DNA from: Vicugna vicugna
Taxonomy: Eukaryota
Length of the DNA stretch: 64,000 bases
Reading direction: 5' to 3'
NCBI GenBank assembly: GCA_013265495.1
Contig: MU058059.1
Coordinates: 2,767,502-2,831,501 of the forward strand
Part shown: positions 40,568-53,430 of the stretch, piece after piece
Position numbering within the stretch: position 1 is the stretch's first letter
How the letters are laid out: every line of letters starts with the position of its first letter
Translations under genes and position numbers: made by a program
Notes under the pieces: model-generated
Database searches by the model: none
What the model was told of the DNA's origin: nothing
The model's input: only the letters and a program-made list of their open reading frames with translations

Positions 40568-40745
40568 AACCAGGGCTTCTCAGCCTCGGCACCGGTGTCC
40601 CCGGCCCGTCCTGTGGGGTGTTTGGCAGCATCCTGGCCTTTACCCACTGGGTGCCAGGAGACCTTCACTGCACTGGTTCCAACAACCAAAATGTGTGCAG
40701 ACATTTGCAGTGCCCCAGGTTACCTGGCTGACAAGCACTGGGCTG
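40568..40745. mobile_element. MER20-like DNA transposon relic
   Basis: cagggcttctcagcctcggcac..gtgtttggcagcatcctggcctttacccactgggtgccag..aaccaaaatgtgtgcagacatt. Confidence 0.7.
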
Positions 40746-41160
40746 GCAGAGCCAGGCCCCCATAGAAAGTGGACACTGGACAGTCCCACAGCGAGTGTAA
40801 CACGGTGCAGCCAAACCAAGCAGGGTGCCTTCAGGGAACTTGCAGCCAGGAGATCATGCCGTTTCTCACACTCACGTTCCGTCTAAATGTCCTCGGCTCT
40901 GGACCAAACTCTACCAGCCTCTTACTCCCACACGCCCAGATGTCCAGCCCTAGTTGGAGTGGAGGGCGTGTAATCCTGCACACCCACAGCAGCCCTCAGG
41001 CCTGATGGGCGCTGTCTGGGGACAAAATCCGAGAGAACAGAGAAATCAAAACCTAACTGTGTCGGTGGGGGAGGGGCCACCCACTGCAGGAACTGGGGAC
41101 CTTCTGGGGTCTGAACAGGAGTCGGGGTTCTCTCCCCAAGTGCGTGTCCTCCGTCCGCAG

Positions 41161-41334
41161 ACCCTGAACATGGTGACACCGACCCTGCGCGTGGAAGACT
41201 GCAGCATCGCGCTGCTGCCCCGGAACCATGAGAAGAATCGCTGCATGGACGTCCTGCCCCCTGACCGCTGCCTGCCCTTCCTCATCACCATCGATGGCGA
41301 GAGCAGCAACTACATCAACGCCGCCCTCATGGAC
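41161..41334 (+). CDS. PTPRM: PTPRM coding exon (start of D2): [58 protein letters not shown], 174 nt
   Basis: ccgtccgcag acceptor; gtgagc donor; KNR and NYINA motifs. Confidence 0.96.
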
Positions 41335-42307
41335 GTGAGCGCCCCCCCAGCCCCCCGCCGCGGGGAACCGGGCATCTCTCCAGGGGCAGCCCGCAACGCC
41401 CTTGGGGTTTGGTGTTTTAAGACATAAACTACCGTCAGAATGCATTTCAGATCCTGTATCTGTTTTTGTGCCGGGGCCGACGTTCTGGGTCTCCCGGAGA
41501 CCCCAGTCCAGGAGGATGGATAAATGAAGCGTGTCCCAGCTACTCTCTGAGCACTTAAATTTTTAACCTGCTGGCCGGAGAGCAGGAGACAGCTGTTAGT
41601 CACGAAGGCAGTCAAGTGGGGTAACGTGGTTTGCAGCGTTGTGTTAGTTCCCAGGCCTCCTCATCTAGGCGGTAATTAACAAGGGGGGAGCGGATTGCCT
41701 GTCGGCACAGATAGGACACAACTGATCACTGCCTGTCAGTCCGTTTACTTCTAACTGAATGAACATTTCTATTCAATTGATGGAGAAAGTGAATGGATAT
41801 TTTCCGTGCTAATAGGGAAATTTTCATTCTGTTGCTGCGGTATCAGTAAAAAGGCATCTCAGCTTGTCTGAAGCTCTGCAGAGCTGTAAAAAGCACGCGT
41901 GTTTTTATGGCAGGAGTAAGTAACACCGTCACACACAGAAGTGACAAGTACGCAGATTTCAGGGAAACAGAACAATTTTAATCATGCATGTTTTTTAGGT
42001 AAAGTTAAACTTTCCCCATTAAATAAAATGGTTATGTATAGAACCAATACTGCCTTCCTGCCAGAAATACCAAAAAAAAAAAAAGAGAGATACTAAGTTC
42101 TCTTGGTCTCAAAGTGAGGATATTTTATGGTTATTCTTCTGCAGATGAGTCGATATTTGATCTACTTGGCATTGACCACAGGGAAAGAATTCAGCAATGC
42201 TGCACACCTTCAGTGCTTCAGGTCCCAAGCTCCCCTATGCACAAAACGCCTTGACCTCGCAGCACGCTTCCCGTGTGTATCTGGGTCTCTCTTGTTTGTG
42301 TTTGCAG

Positions 42308-42439
42308 AGCTATAAGCAGCCTTCAGCTTTTATAGTCACCCAGCACCCTTTGCCAAACACAGTGAAAGACTTCTGGAGGCTGGTCCTGGACTACCACTGC
42401 ACGTCCGTCGTGATGCTGAATGACGTGGATCCCGCCCAG
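42308..42439 (+). CDS. PTPRM: PTPRM coding exon (D2): [44 protein letters not shown], 132 nt
   Basis: tgtttgcag acceptor; gtgaga donor; TQHP...DFWRL motif. Confidence 0.96.
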
Positions 42440-45400
42440 GTGAGAGTCGGGAATTACGGTCAGAGCCGGGCCTGGTGTCCAATGCCTGTTGGCTTTCTTT
42501 GCACCTCGAGAAGTGCGGTCCTCCCCACCCCCCAGGCCAAGTCACAAACACCAGGCGAGGGCTGAGACTCAGAGCTGAAACCCCAGTGCTGAAAATCAGA
42601 TGGAATTAGGGATGGGGCAGAAAATAGTCTGAAACCAAAACGACGGACTGAAATTGTAGACAGTGGGAGTGACGGGCAAGAGCGGGTCAGAAATTGGGCT
42701 GTTCCCGGAGAATGGAAGTACTGACTGGAGGGCAATCCAAGGTCACGGGCAGAGTCAGAGCAGAACAGGAGCCTGAAGGTGGCAGAGCCCAAGACAGAGC
42801 CAGCAAACCAGGGGGCCGTGAGGAGGGGCCGCCAGCCTCTGACCCAGCTTCCACGCATCCATCCAGGAGCATCTGTGCAGCTGCCTCCTGCTCAGCTCGC
42901 CGGGAGCCTGCAGGTGCCCGTCGTCCCGGTGAGGTGACAGTGGAGACCAGCACGTGATTCTAGGGGACAGCAATGACTGTGTCAACTCTTTGGTAAAGAT
43001 ATTAAAAAGAAATACCACTGGAGCTTGACAGTGAGAAAAGCTCAGAATGATAAGTGGGGCTTTTTCATATCTCCTCTTCTTCAACATAAAAAGAGAGGGC
43101 ACTGGGCAGTGATGACTCAGTCTTAGTAATGGGGTTGGAAGCGCTAAAGGGCCGGGTGAGGCCAGCAGCAGCGCAGCGGCCCTGGGAGCGGGATTTCCTG
43201 CCGTTGGGCTCGGCTGCTCCGGTCCCAAGCTGACCTGCCGGGACAGAGGGCACATGGCAAGTTTGAACTCAGCGTGTTTTAAGAATAAACTTGTTCTGAA
43301 GCTGAGCTAATCTTCTACCTCATAGACACAAATTCTTTAAAGAAGAAAACTCTGAAGTATTTCAGCTGCCACACTGGACTTTTTCCTTCCCAGAATCCCC
43401 TGTATTGTCACCCACCTGCCATAAGTCCAGTGGACATTCACTTCGGTTCTATACTGTTTTTAATTACATTTGAGGCCCTACCTGATACGGTTATGGCTCC
43501 AGCCTGCAAGCTCGTTAATGAAATAATAATGATAATCCTTGTGCTCATCCAGTCCTTTTTACTTAAGAAGCTTAAATATTTTAGGAGTCTTCCCTGTTAT
43601 CCTCTCTGAAGAGTAGATTGCAACCATTTGGAAGGACAGGCAGACGCCACAGCTGGAGGAACTTCAGAGACACCACAGGAAGCAGGGCCCAGGACCCTGG
43701 TTTTCCGCCCCACGATGCTGCGGGTTAAGTTTCACCAAGGCAGGCACCCTCACTCACAGACAGTTACAGGCAAGCGGCTGCCCCCTCTTCAGGCTTATGC
43801 TTTTTCCCCAAATGTGAGCCCCAAAGTGTAGCAATACGCTGTTTTCTTCGTATTAGTGAACCAGACGTCAGTGATTCTCGCGTGTTCTTTCTGGACGACA
43901 GTGTTTGAGTTCTCAGGCTGCGTTCTAACCCGGCCGTGTCTGGACTCACACCAGGCCCTGGCTGATGGCGGTGGGAGGGACAGGGAGGCCCCACTTCTGC
44001 CCGGCAGACAGAACTGGTGCTCAGAGAGAGAGGAGGCTCCTGGGATTCGGTCTTTTACAGAACACTAAACGGAGCATTTGAACTGAAAGTCTGCAATTGC
44101 GCAAGAATAGCACTCAACGACTTTAAGTATTTATAGCTCTGGTTCATGGACGTGTGATGCACTATTTAAGCCATTTTCCACACGGTTTCCTTGGGCAGAG
44201 TACAGAATGCGGCGTAGGGCGTGCCAGGTGCCCGCCTAGGCCGATCCTGTTTTCCTGGTGTCAGTGACAAGCTTTAGATTGGGGCCTGAACCGAGAGAGT
44301 GAACAGAAAGGAAAGCTGGCTCAGTCGGGAGGAGAGTGGGCAGAACAGCTCAGACGTGCCTGTTAGGGCCTTCGTCACTGCCGGCGTGTCCCATCCTACT
44401 GCCTGTGAATGTCAGCAGTGGGTACCCTTGGGCATCAAAAAGTCAACACCAGCAGGCTTATTGAGTGACAAGGCAGTTCTGTCACTTGTCACCAGGAAGC
44501 GCTGGTGAGGAAGGAGAAATTTCCTGGAAGCATTATTTTACAATAAATAAATGTAATTCCTAAAATACTACAGATTTTGCCAACAAAGAAAGGACCCTTA
44601 GTTACCCTGCTTTCATCCTTGAGCAGGAAGTCCAGACCTTCAACTTCCTTGTAACAGAGGGAGGGGGCTGGCTCGGGCCAACCCGCTGAAACCCGCCTCG
44701 TAGTCTTGGACACAAATCAACCTTTGTAACCTTTGATGATGAGGTTTTAGAGCCTTTGGAAGATGAAAGGCATCAGGAAAAGGAAGTTCAAGCACTGAGC
44801 TCTCTCTTTTTGTGGTACATTATTCTGCTTAAAATGAGATGATACGTTTTTCGTCTACTCTTGGCCCAAAAGAAAAATACTATAAAGTAACGAGGTCATT
44901 GCCTCTCGCCTTCCCCCAGCCATTTGTCCCTCGGGTCAGTCAGAAAGAAGAAAGTTAAACACTGCTCCCAAAACATCACAGCATACCACGTCGCCAGGGC
45001 AGTTGAATTTCAGACTTTAAATGCCTACATTAGGGGCCCAGAGCTTTAGGAGAGGTTTGTGAGAACAGGTTGGTTCCGAGTTTAGAGTTTCTAGGGGGCA
45101 GAAGCAAGCGAAGCCTCTCCCGTCAGCCGCCAGACCAGCGCCCCTCCCCCCACTGACGTCACGTGCATCCTGTGCGTGCAAAAGTCCCGGTTTCCCGGCA
45201 TCACCGGCACCTGGAGCTTGAGACTCTGAGAATTGTGGTTTTTCAATTAAAGCCTCCTCCAGGTAAAAGAGCCAACAGTTACTCTTATTACACCAGTTTC
45301 CTAGATCTGAGCTGGCAGGGTTTGGACCAGAGCATGAAAATGCAAGCCAACCCTGTTATCAATATCTTGTCACTAAATAGCCCTATTCCCCAAGGTGAGT

Positions 45401-45850
45401 ACAAACTACGGTGCCAGCCCAGACGGGAGGATGGAGATCTGGGGCGTTGACAGGTATGCGTTCCATCTCAGGCGTCTCAGAGCCTGGAAGGGCAGGCTTC
45501 TCCCCAGGGCTGGAGAAGAGTTCCTTTCAGCTGCAGAAGGGACCTGACAAGGGCTAGATGTGGTCCACAGCATCCACATGGCCTCCTTGGAACACAGAGG
45601 TACTCACGGCTTAAAGATGCTTTCAGAGAAAATGAAGGGAAAAGTATTAGGAGAGGAGGTGGATTTAAGGAATCAGCCAGCAAGAAAGTCCTCGAGCTGA
45701 CTTGCTGGTAGGAAAAGAGAGAAAGGGGAGAAAATGAAGTGACTCGGGGGCGTGTTGAGAACGACTGAAAGCTGCCCGTGACCTGATCCCAACCGCGAGG
45801 AGTAAATGTATTCTTCCCACTCACCTTGTGTTTCTGTGTTTTGAACTCAG

Positions 45851-45976
45851 TTGTGTCCGCAGTACTGGCCCGAGAACGGCGTACACAGACACGGCCCCAT
45901 CCAGGTGGAGTTCGTCTCCGCGGATTTAGAAGAAGACATCATCAGCAGGATATTCCGCATTTATAACGCAGCCCGG
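45851..45976 (+). CDS. PTPRM: PTPRM coding exon (D2): [42 protein letters not shown], 126 nt
   Basis: ttttgaactcag acceptor; gtagga donor; CPQYWP motif. Confidence 0.96.
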
Positions 45977-46014
45977 GTAGGAGCCGCGGCTCACGTTGTG
46001 CTTTCGTTGTTTTG

Positions 46015-47200
46015 TCACTTGTTGATTGTTTAGAGGGTTGGTACTGGTCACTGTTCTAGGTGTTTGCAATGCACTCTAGGAGACTGTGAGCAAAACAAAG
46101 CTCCTAACTTTATAGAGCTTCCATTCTACTGGGAGAGGACAGACCAGGGATGAGGGATGTAACAGATATGGTACCAGATGTGTTAGAAAGTGACAGGTGC
46201 TGTGGGAACAAGAGCAGGGAGGCAGAAGGTGCTCAGGTCCGAGCAGGAGGGAGGGCGGGTGTGCCCTGTGACCAAAGACCGGAGCAAAGTGAAGGAGCAG
46301 CCGCTGCTCTTGTAGAGACAGCTTTCCAGACAGAAGCAATGGTCAGTGCAAAGGCCCTGAGGTCAGGAACCATCCAGAGGCTGTATAGCTAAAGCTCAGT
46401 AAGCAACGGTGGGCGTAGCTGCTGGAGCAGTTCACCTGGAGGGACAGGGGCCTAGGTCACACAGGGCCTTGCAGGTCACTGCCAGGGCTGGCGGTTTTGC
46501 TTTGAAGGAAGTAAGGAGCCATGACAGGGTTTTGAGTAGAAGGGTCACATGATACAATTTACCTTTGAAAGGAGCACTCTGGCTTCTCTGTTGAGAACAG
46601 AGAGTAGGCGAGGCTATTATAATCCCATGTAAGGAGGGACAAGGGCGGACTGGAGTGGAGCAGTTGGAGGAGGTGAGAGGTGGAGAGATTCTGATTCATT
46701 CTGATGGCACAGCTGATGGGATTTGCTGATGGCTTGGATCCCAGGGAGTCCAGGGCGGCTCTCAGGACTTTAGCCTTGAGAACTAGACGGAACAGACATT
46801 CGCCATGCTGGGGAAGGCCCTTGGGGTAGCAGGATTGTTAGAGGGTCGGGGGCACACATGGACAGGGGTCAGGAGTTCAGCTGGGGACATAGTAGATTTG
46901 AGATGACAGTTAGACACCTCAGTGGGAATATCAAGCAGGCCTTTGAATCTGTGAGGGGGAAGTTCAGGGGAGAGGGCTGAACTGGAGATCCAAACTGATG
47001 CCTTGTTGGAACATTAAAAGCCATGAGACTGAATGAAATCATCAAGTGAGAGACAGAACGCAGGCCTGAGCCTGGGGCGTCCATCAGCAAGAGGTCTGGG
47101 AGAAACGGAGGCCGGGCACACAGGGACAGCCAGGAGGAGGAGAGAGTGTGCACCGTGTCAGGTGCAGCTGAAGGTCACGGAAGACTTAGTCCCAGTGACT
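46015..47200 (-). mobile_element. L2 LINE (about 1.2 kb, antisense)
   Basis: cactgttctaggtg..gagcttccattctactggg..gtgcaaaggccctgagg..ggagccatgacagggttttgagtaga..tttgaaaggagcactctggct..ggagttcagctggggacatagtagatttgagatg. Confidence 0.8.
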
Positions 47201-47740
47201 TACTGTGGCCACATGATTTCTTGGATACTGCAAATTCCACTTACTTGTGACGAAAGAGTACTGAGCTAGTGATCCCTTATCAGGGGTCACACCAATAAGC
47301 AGAACCGTCTCCTATTCCGAGGAAACATGGTGTAGTCTACATCACCCTGAGCTCACAGACATCTCCAGATAAGTTAGCCTTTTCCCTTCATTTCCCTGCC
47401 GTTAAGGCAAAGCCTTTCTACTGCTTTCTGCCCAATGTGGTCCGTGCTCAGTTTGTGCTATTTTTCACTGGGCTTTTGCAAAACCCTAAGCCTTCTTCGA
47501 TTTCACTAGGCTGGCCTGTCATTGGAAACACCTGGTTTTTTACAACCACTAGAGATTAAAGCTCGTAACCCTTCAGGCCAGTGGACGATTCCTTCATTAT
47601 TTGCAGGCAGGCCCCCAGCTCCCAAAGGCCCTGCTGGAATGAGGGCCAGGTGGGTGGGACCAGCCCGCTGGAGGTGGGCACTGGGAATGACGCCTGGTTT
47701 CTCTCTCTCCATTCCCCGGCCGCTGCCCAACCCTCTGCAG

Positions 47741-47904
47741 CCCCAAGACGGGTATCGGATGGTGCAGCAGTTCCAGTTCCTGGGCTGGCCCATGTACAGG
47801 GACACGCCGGTGTCCAAGCGCTCCTTCCTGAAGCTCATCCGCCAAGTGGACAAGTGGCAGGAGGAGTACAACGGCGGGGAGGGCCGCACGGTCGTGCACT
47901 GCCT
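47741..47904 (+). CDS. PTPRM: PTPRM coding exon (D2): [54 protein letters not shown](L), 164 nt
   Basis: ccctctgcag acceptor; gtgagt donor; degenerate WPD loop (WPM) typical of R2B D2. Confidence 0.96.
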
Positions 47905-48314
47905 GTGAGTACTCGACCCCGGCCGCGGCCGCCGTCAGCGGAGAAGGGACAGGCAGGTCTGCTCTCCCCTTGGAAGGGTCTTAGGAGACTGCTCACACTT
48001 CCCCTCCACCAGAGGTCCCCGTCTCTGTCGTGGGGAAAGACGCTCTGTCACCGCTCCCCCCACCACTTTCCCCTTCCTTCTCACAGACCCAGTTCATTAA
48101 AAACATCTGTACTGAGACAGGGTCCAAAAGGATCGCTTAACAGCCCGCGTCCCCAGCTTTACTTCTCCCCATCCAGATAGAACTTCCGATCAGAGTAAGT
48201 TCAGACGGTCACCTGTGTGGAGCTGATGCAAGCCTGGTGGGGAAAATGGACATTTTGGTTACAGTTTGCATTAGATCTGTTAGGTTTTTTGGAGATACGA
48301 AAAATAGTTTGCAA

Positions 48315-48451
48315 GGAGGAGTGTATAGCTCAATAGTAGAGCACGTGCTTAGTATGCATGAGGTCCTGGATTTAGTCCCCAGTACCTCCATTAAAAAATA
48401 CATAAACCTAATTACCTACCCCCCCAAAAATAAATTAATTAAAATAAAATA
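48315..48451 (+). mobile_element. tRNA-Ala-derived SINE with target-site duplication
   Basis: Full head and aaacctaattacctacccccc tail; TSD aaaatagtttgca (48301-48313) / aaaatagtgtgca (48452-48464). Confidence 0.9.
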
Positions 48452-49109
48452 AAAATAGTGTGCAGTTACTGATTTCTGCCTCTGGAGTCTGCCAGTGCTG
48501 GAACTGGGAACATGGCGCACGGTAGCTCTTTGATGAGGGCTTCCTAACGAGGGCCAGTGCTGTGACCCACAGGAGGAAGTCCCCATCGGGGAGCCGAGGC
48601 ACCAGGACAGGCCTGGGTGGGAGATACAGAGACCCCCTTAAATTACTGCACCTGGTAGCCACTGACCACACCCTCCCAGGGCACGGCTGTGACCCTAGGA
48701 CTGAACAGCCACACCGCCCCCGGCGTCCTACCTCGGACGGCAGGCTGCCCTTTAACTGCAGTGGGCGTGGTGGGCGCCCGCCGTGTCCGCCCTCCTGCCA
48801 GCCCAGCACCCGGCCCTTCTGATGAGAGAACTGGGACTTTTTTCTGGGGACCGTCCTCCCCACTCTGAAGCCCCTGCGGGAAGTTCCGGTGGGGCCCCTC
48901 CTCCTCTCTCTGCGTCATGGCATGAGACCCAGGCCGGGAGAAGATGCTGATTGCTGTTTCGACTCAAAAATCTAAATCTAAGAATTTTTAGTTGTGGAAC
49001 CAAGTTAGGTTCATTTAGTATCCTCCAGTGCAGCCAGGAAAGGATGCTTTGACCCACACATCAACCTGCTGTCCGTCTCTGAGGTGAGAACTTCGCATTC
49101 CGCATAGCA

Positions 49110-49128
49110 TAGCGCCACCTACTGGCCG
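49110..49128 (-). promoter_or_regulatory. Putative CTCF site
   Basis: Reverse complement CGGCCAGTAGGTGGCGCTA closely matches the CTCF core CCASYAGRKGGCRS. Confidence 0.6.
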
Positions 49129-49209
49129 TTGGCGGAGCACCCCTGCCCAGACGCCCTCCAAGGGCCGTGAATTGAGGCACGTTACATCTCATAGTAAGCA
49201 AATAGGGAA

Positions 49210-49326
49210 TTTATTTTTTTAATTTTTAATTGGGGGGGGTAAGGTAATTAGGCTTATCTGTTTATTTATTACTTTTGGTGGAGGGTTTGAAGGCAGGCAC
49301 TCTACCACTGAGCTATACCCTCCCCC
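49210..49326 (-). mobile_element. tRNA-derived SINE, antisense, internally deleted
   Basis: gcactctaccactgagctataccctcccc is the reverse-complement head; ggtaattaggctt tail; middle of the head is missing. Confidence 0.8.
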
Positions 49327-49749
49327 TAGGAATTTTTTCTTTATGCACGTCTTCCAGCTAGTAAAACCAGACGAAATGGATAGATTCAGGGTATCACCAT
49401 TTTTCAACCCTTGATGAGAATAATGGATGTATGCAGTGGTCATTGACAGCTGCTAAAATCATTAGGTGAAAAGCTGATGGGAAAGAGCAGTATGGTGTCC
49501 ATGCAAAGAAAATCCTGGAACGGAGCCACGCCCTGGGGTCCCCTGGTTTACAAGGACCCACCGCAGCACACCGACTTCAGGGCAGCAGGAAGAGCCTGCC
49601 TGCACACCTGGCCTCCCTTCCCACCCTGCAAACAGAAGCCATCTCCAGGTGGACAGTAGACCAGGGTGGGAAAAGGAAAAGAAGGAAGCTTCTAGGGAAA
49701 GCCTTCGCAATGCTGGGGAAACCAGAGATGTGCTACACAGGCCACAGAC

Positions 49750-52560
49750 ATGAGCCAGAAAGGAAGACATTGGCAAACTGGGTTTCATTCAAGTCAACTC
49801 TTCTGTTCATCAAGACACCAATGAGAGTGAAACACAAGACAGGATGAAGAGTTTTGTGATACATACACCTGACAAAGGATTCGTGGCCAGAGTGCAGGTC
49901 AATAGGAAGAAAGACAGACAATCCACTCGTTTGGGGAAAACACTTCATGAGAACTTCATTTAAAAAAAAGAACTTCAATGCCAATAAGCACTGAAAAGGT
50001 ACACAGCATCATTAGTCTTCAGGAAAATACATGTTAAAAGACATTAAAATTGGATGCCGCTGCTTGCTGGCCAGAGTGGCAAAAATCTAAATGACAAGCA
50101 AAAGAATGATTCTGAGTGTTGGGAAGCTGTGGGGCAACTGGACCCCCAGACACTGCTGGCAGGAGAACATAGGTACGACCACTTTCGAGCTGATGGCATC
50201 TCCAAAAGCTAAAGGTAAAGGTGTTTTCTGAGCTCTTCTCCGAGGTCTGCGACTGCAGGAATGAGCCGTATGTGCAGACATGCTTATAATATGGAAAACT
50301 GCACACAGCCCATTCTTCAGCTCTTAGATAAGGAGATTCTACTGCGGTATATCCATTCAGTGGACTTATTCTCAGCAATATAAGGGAACAAACTACTGAT
50401 ACAACATGGATGATTCTCACACAGATAATAGTAAGTGAAATAAGCCAGACTCAAAAAAATGAAAAAAAAAATAAAAGAAAATAGTAAAACGAAAAACAAG
50501 GACACAAATGAACTTACTTACAAAACAGACTCACAGACATAGAAAACAAACTTATGGTTACCAGGGGGGAAAGGGGGGAGGGATAAATTAGGAGTTTAGG
50601 ATTTGCAGATTCTAACTACTAGATATAAAATAGGTAAACAAGGTCCTACTATACAGCACAGGGAACTCTATTCAATACTTTGTAATGACCTATCATGAAA
50701 AAATATGAAAAGGAATATATATGTAATACACGTGAAAATGAATGACTAGGCTGTACACCAGAAACTAACACACTGTGAATCAACTGTACTTCAGTTAAAG
50801 AGTGTATATGTATGATTCCATGTATACAAAATTCAAAAACAGAAGGAATTTCTGATGCTGAACGTGAGAACAGAGATTATCTTCAGGTATTGATGTTGTT
50901 GAGGAAGGAGCATGGGGCGGGGGTGGGGGCATCCAGGGGAGTGGTCATGGTCTGTATCTTGATCTGAGTGGTGGTTACATGGCATATGCATTTGTAAAAG
51001 TGAACTGAGATAGATACTTACCATCTGTGGACTTAATTGGAGGTTTGTTATATTTTATTTTAAAAATTGCTTTACAACTTAATCATGGAATGATCAAGCT
51101 GGCATTGGAACACCAGGATCAATCTTAAAATCACAAAACAAGGAACAGCTTGATATCCTGTGCCTGCTTCCTAATGAGCATTCATTTATAAGGTATCCTT
51201 GTCTTAAAAAAAAAAAAGCAACTGAATTTTTATGAAGCTCTAGAGCTAACTCCCAACTGACAGGAAGTACAGGTTTAGAGATGGGTGTGTCAAATCCATC
51301 TCAGAGATGCAGTGAATGAGAACAACCCAGAATGTGTGCTCTCTGCAGGGGAAATGACCCCATTTCATCCACAAATACATTGCCAAGAGTAAAAAAGAGA
51401 GAGCAGGGAGGAACCTATAGATTAGAATAAACTTGCAAGACATAGCAACCAAATGCAATGTGTGGTCTTCCCTTGGATGAGGATTTGAAAAACGTAACTA
51501 TAAGAAAATGTCTGAAACAGTCTGGGAGATTTGGACATTGCCTAGAAACGTGATTCTATTAAACTGTAGTGTTTATTTATTTTAGATGTAATAATAATGC
51601 TTTTATGTTTAAAATAAAAAAAGATCCTTTAGCTCCTTGGAAAAGTGGTTGATTCCAGAGCTGGTGCAGGGAAGAAGATACAGGGTAAGCCTGGAACATC
51701 TTGTGGTTCTAGGAAGTAAGGAAGTGCTTCAAATAAAAATAAATAAGCAAATAAATTTTCAGTGGTGGTAAGAGCCAGCTGTGTCTTTAGAATGCTGAAA
51801 GAGGGAGGAAAGTGGAAATCATTGTTGCAGACAGGATCCACCTATGGACACCAAAATCAGCAGGTGAAACTTTGAGGAGAAACAAGGTATTTCCATATTC
51901 CCAAAGTATCTTTCCCAAGACATCTGTTAACCACAAAGAGAAACATAACTACACAGTGAAGAGGTCGGCCAGATGCCCACCGTCCTAACGAGTGACCCAG
52001 GCTGACATCTCGAGCGAGAAGACAGTTGAGCAACAGGAACACCTCCACGGAGGTCCGCTCTTCCGCAGTTTTCTGGCCAAAGTGAGTAACCTCACGTCCA
52101 GCGATGAAGAAGCAACAGACGGACCCAGAGGAAGGGACTTTCTACGATTTGTACTTCGTGGTGACTTAGAGGGTGGGTGGGGACCATGGCTGCTCTTCTC
52201 ATTCCGTATTTCACACTCTACACAATAACTGACCAGTCCTCATTGAGAGTGTCGAGGTCGAGAAAGACGAGGGAAGAGGAGGCCTCGTGATGTGGAGGAG
52301 ATGAAGGAGATGTGACAGCTAAACTCAAGGTGGGTCCTGGACTGGATCCTGGACCAGAAAAAAAGGCTCACGCGGAAAAATCAGTGACGTTTGCCTAAGG
52401 TCTGTAGTTCAGTTGATAGTATCGGACCAGTGTTGACTTCCTGGTTTCGGTCACGTGCTGTAGTTCCCTAAGACATTCACATCAGGGGAAGGTGGCTGTG
52501 CAGGGAACTCTGCTCTTTTAGCAATGATTCTGTACGCCTAAAATTAACTCAAAAGAAAAA
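49750..52560 (+). mobile_element. Cluster of old L1M-type (ORF2 end and L1MC/MD-like 3' UTR) fragments
   Basis: cagcatcattagtcttcaggaaaatac, tatatccattcagtggacttattctcagcaata, gacatagcaaccaaatgcaatgtgtg, gaaaagtggttgattccagagctgg, tggatcctggaccagaaaaa blocks. Confidence 0.7.
50495..50800 (+). mobile_element. Younger L1 3' UTR fragment nested in old L1
   Basis: gacacaaatgaacttacttacaaaacagactcacagacatagaaaacaaacttatggttacc..cagcacagggaactctattca..ctgtacttcagttaaa. Confidence 0.85.
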
Positions 52561-52580
52561 GTCGTATTAAAAGAGCCCTT

Positions 52581-52837
52581 TTCAGATTCTCTTCCATCAC
52601 AGGTTATTACAAGGGAGTGGATGTAGTTCTCTGTGCTCTACAGCAGGGCCTTGTTCGTCTATTTTATACATAGTAGCGCATACATATTAAACACAAACTC
52701 ATAATTTTTAATTATATATCATAAAACTATATGTGTACAACTGAATCACTTTTCAGTACATCTGAAAGTAACAGAACATTACAAATCAACTACAATTTAA
52801 AATTTGTAATAAAATACTTTAAATTTAAATTCAAAAA
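52581..52837. mobile_element. L1 3' insertion with 5' inversion (antisense segment plus sense tail), TSD-flanked
   Basis: About 52578-52705 is antisense L1 3' UTR, about 52728-52837 is the sense terminal part; TSD attaaaagagccctt / attaaatgagccttt. Confidence 0.7.
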
Positions 52838-53019
52838 ATTAAATGAGCCTTTATGTTTTAGAGATAAATAATGACATATTAATGGCGTATTTAAGGCCAA
52901 ATCCACCTTTGAGCATCACATACCATTACAGCTTTCCTGCAGACACTACACCAGGTGGTTTTCATCGAAAATTTCCCTCTGGGCCCCTTTCCATAAAAAT
53001 GGACAAGGTTCCGCATCAG

Positions 53020-53430
53020 ATGGCGTCGGCAGGCCGCGGCGGGCGGGGCTGGAAGCCCTGCCCCAGTCTCCCATCCCCCGCCCCGCCAGGGCCGGCGGCC
53101 TGGGCGCTGCAGTCCCCGGCGCGCGGAGGGGTCTCGGCCGCGCGGTGTGAGGTCGCCTCGTGCAACCACCTGCCTCCTCTGCCCCCTCCAGGAACGGGGG
53201 CGGCCGCAGCGGGACCTTCTGCGCCATCAGCATCGTCTGCGAGATGCTGCGGCACCAGAGGACGGTGGACGTCTTCCACGCGGTGAAGACGCTGAGGAAC
53301 AACAAGCCCAACATGGTGGACCTGCTGGTAGGACCCGCGCCGTCCCGCCCAGGGGGCCCTTCCCGGGTAGCGGGAGCCCGGGCTGACCCCCGGGGGAGGC
53401 GGCTGGCGTTCATGGTGAAACAGCGCGGTC
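53020..53430. other. Intragenic CpG-island-like segment over a D2 exon
   Basis: Dense CpG and GC boxes (ggccgcggcgggcgggg, ggcgcgcgg, ggccgcgcgg) bordered by AT-rich L1 sequence on the left. Confidence 0.65.
53192..53327 (+). CDS. PTPRM: PTPRM coding exon (D2): (L)[45 protein letters not shown], 136 nt
   Basis: cccctccag acceptor; gtagga donor; CT+G restores Leu of HCLNGGGRSG. Confidence 0.96.

Noticed and set aside
47741..53327. Degenerate catalytic motifs (WPM, HCLNGGGRSG) as a sign of pseudogenisation or novelty
   Set aside because: These are normal for the D2 pseudophosphatase domain of R2B receptor PTPs; the reading frame is intact.
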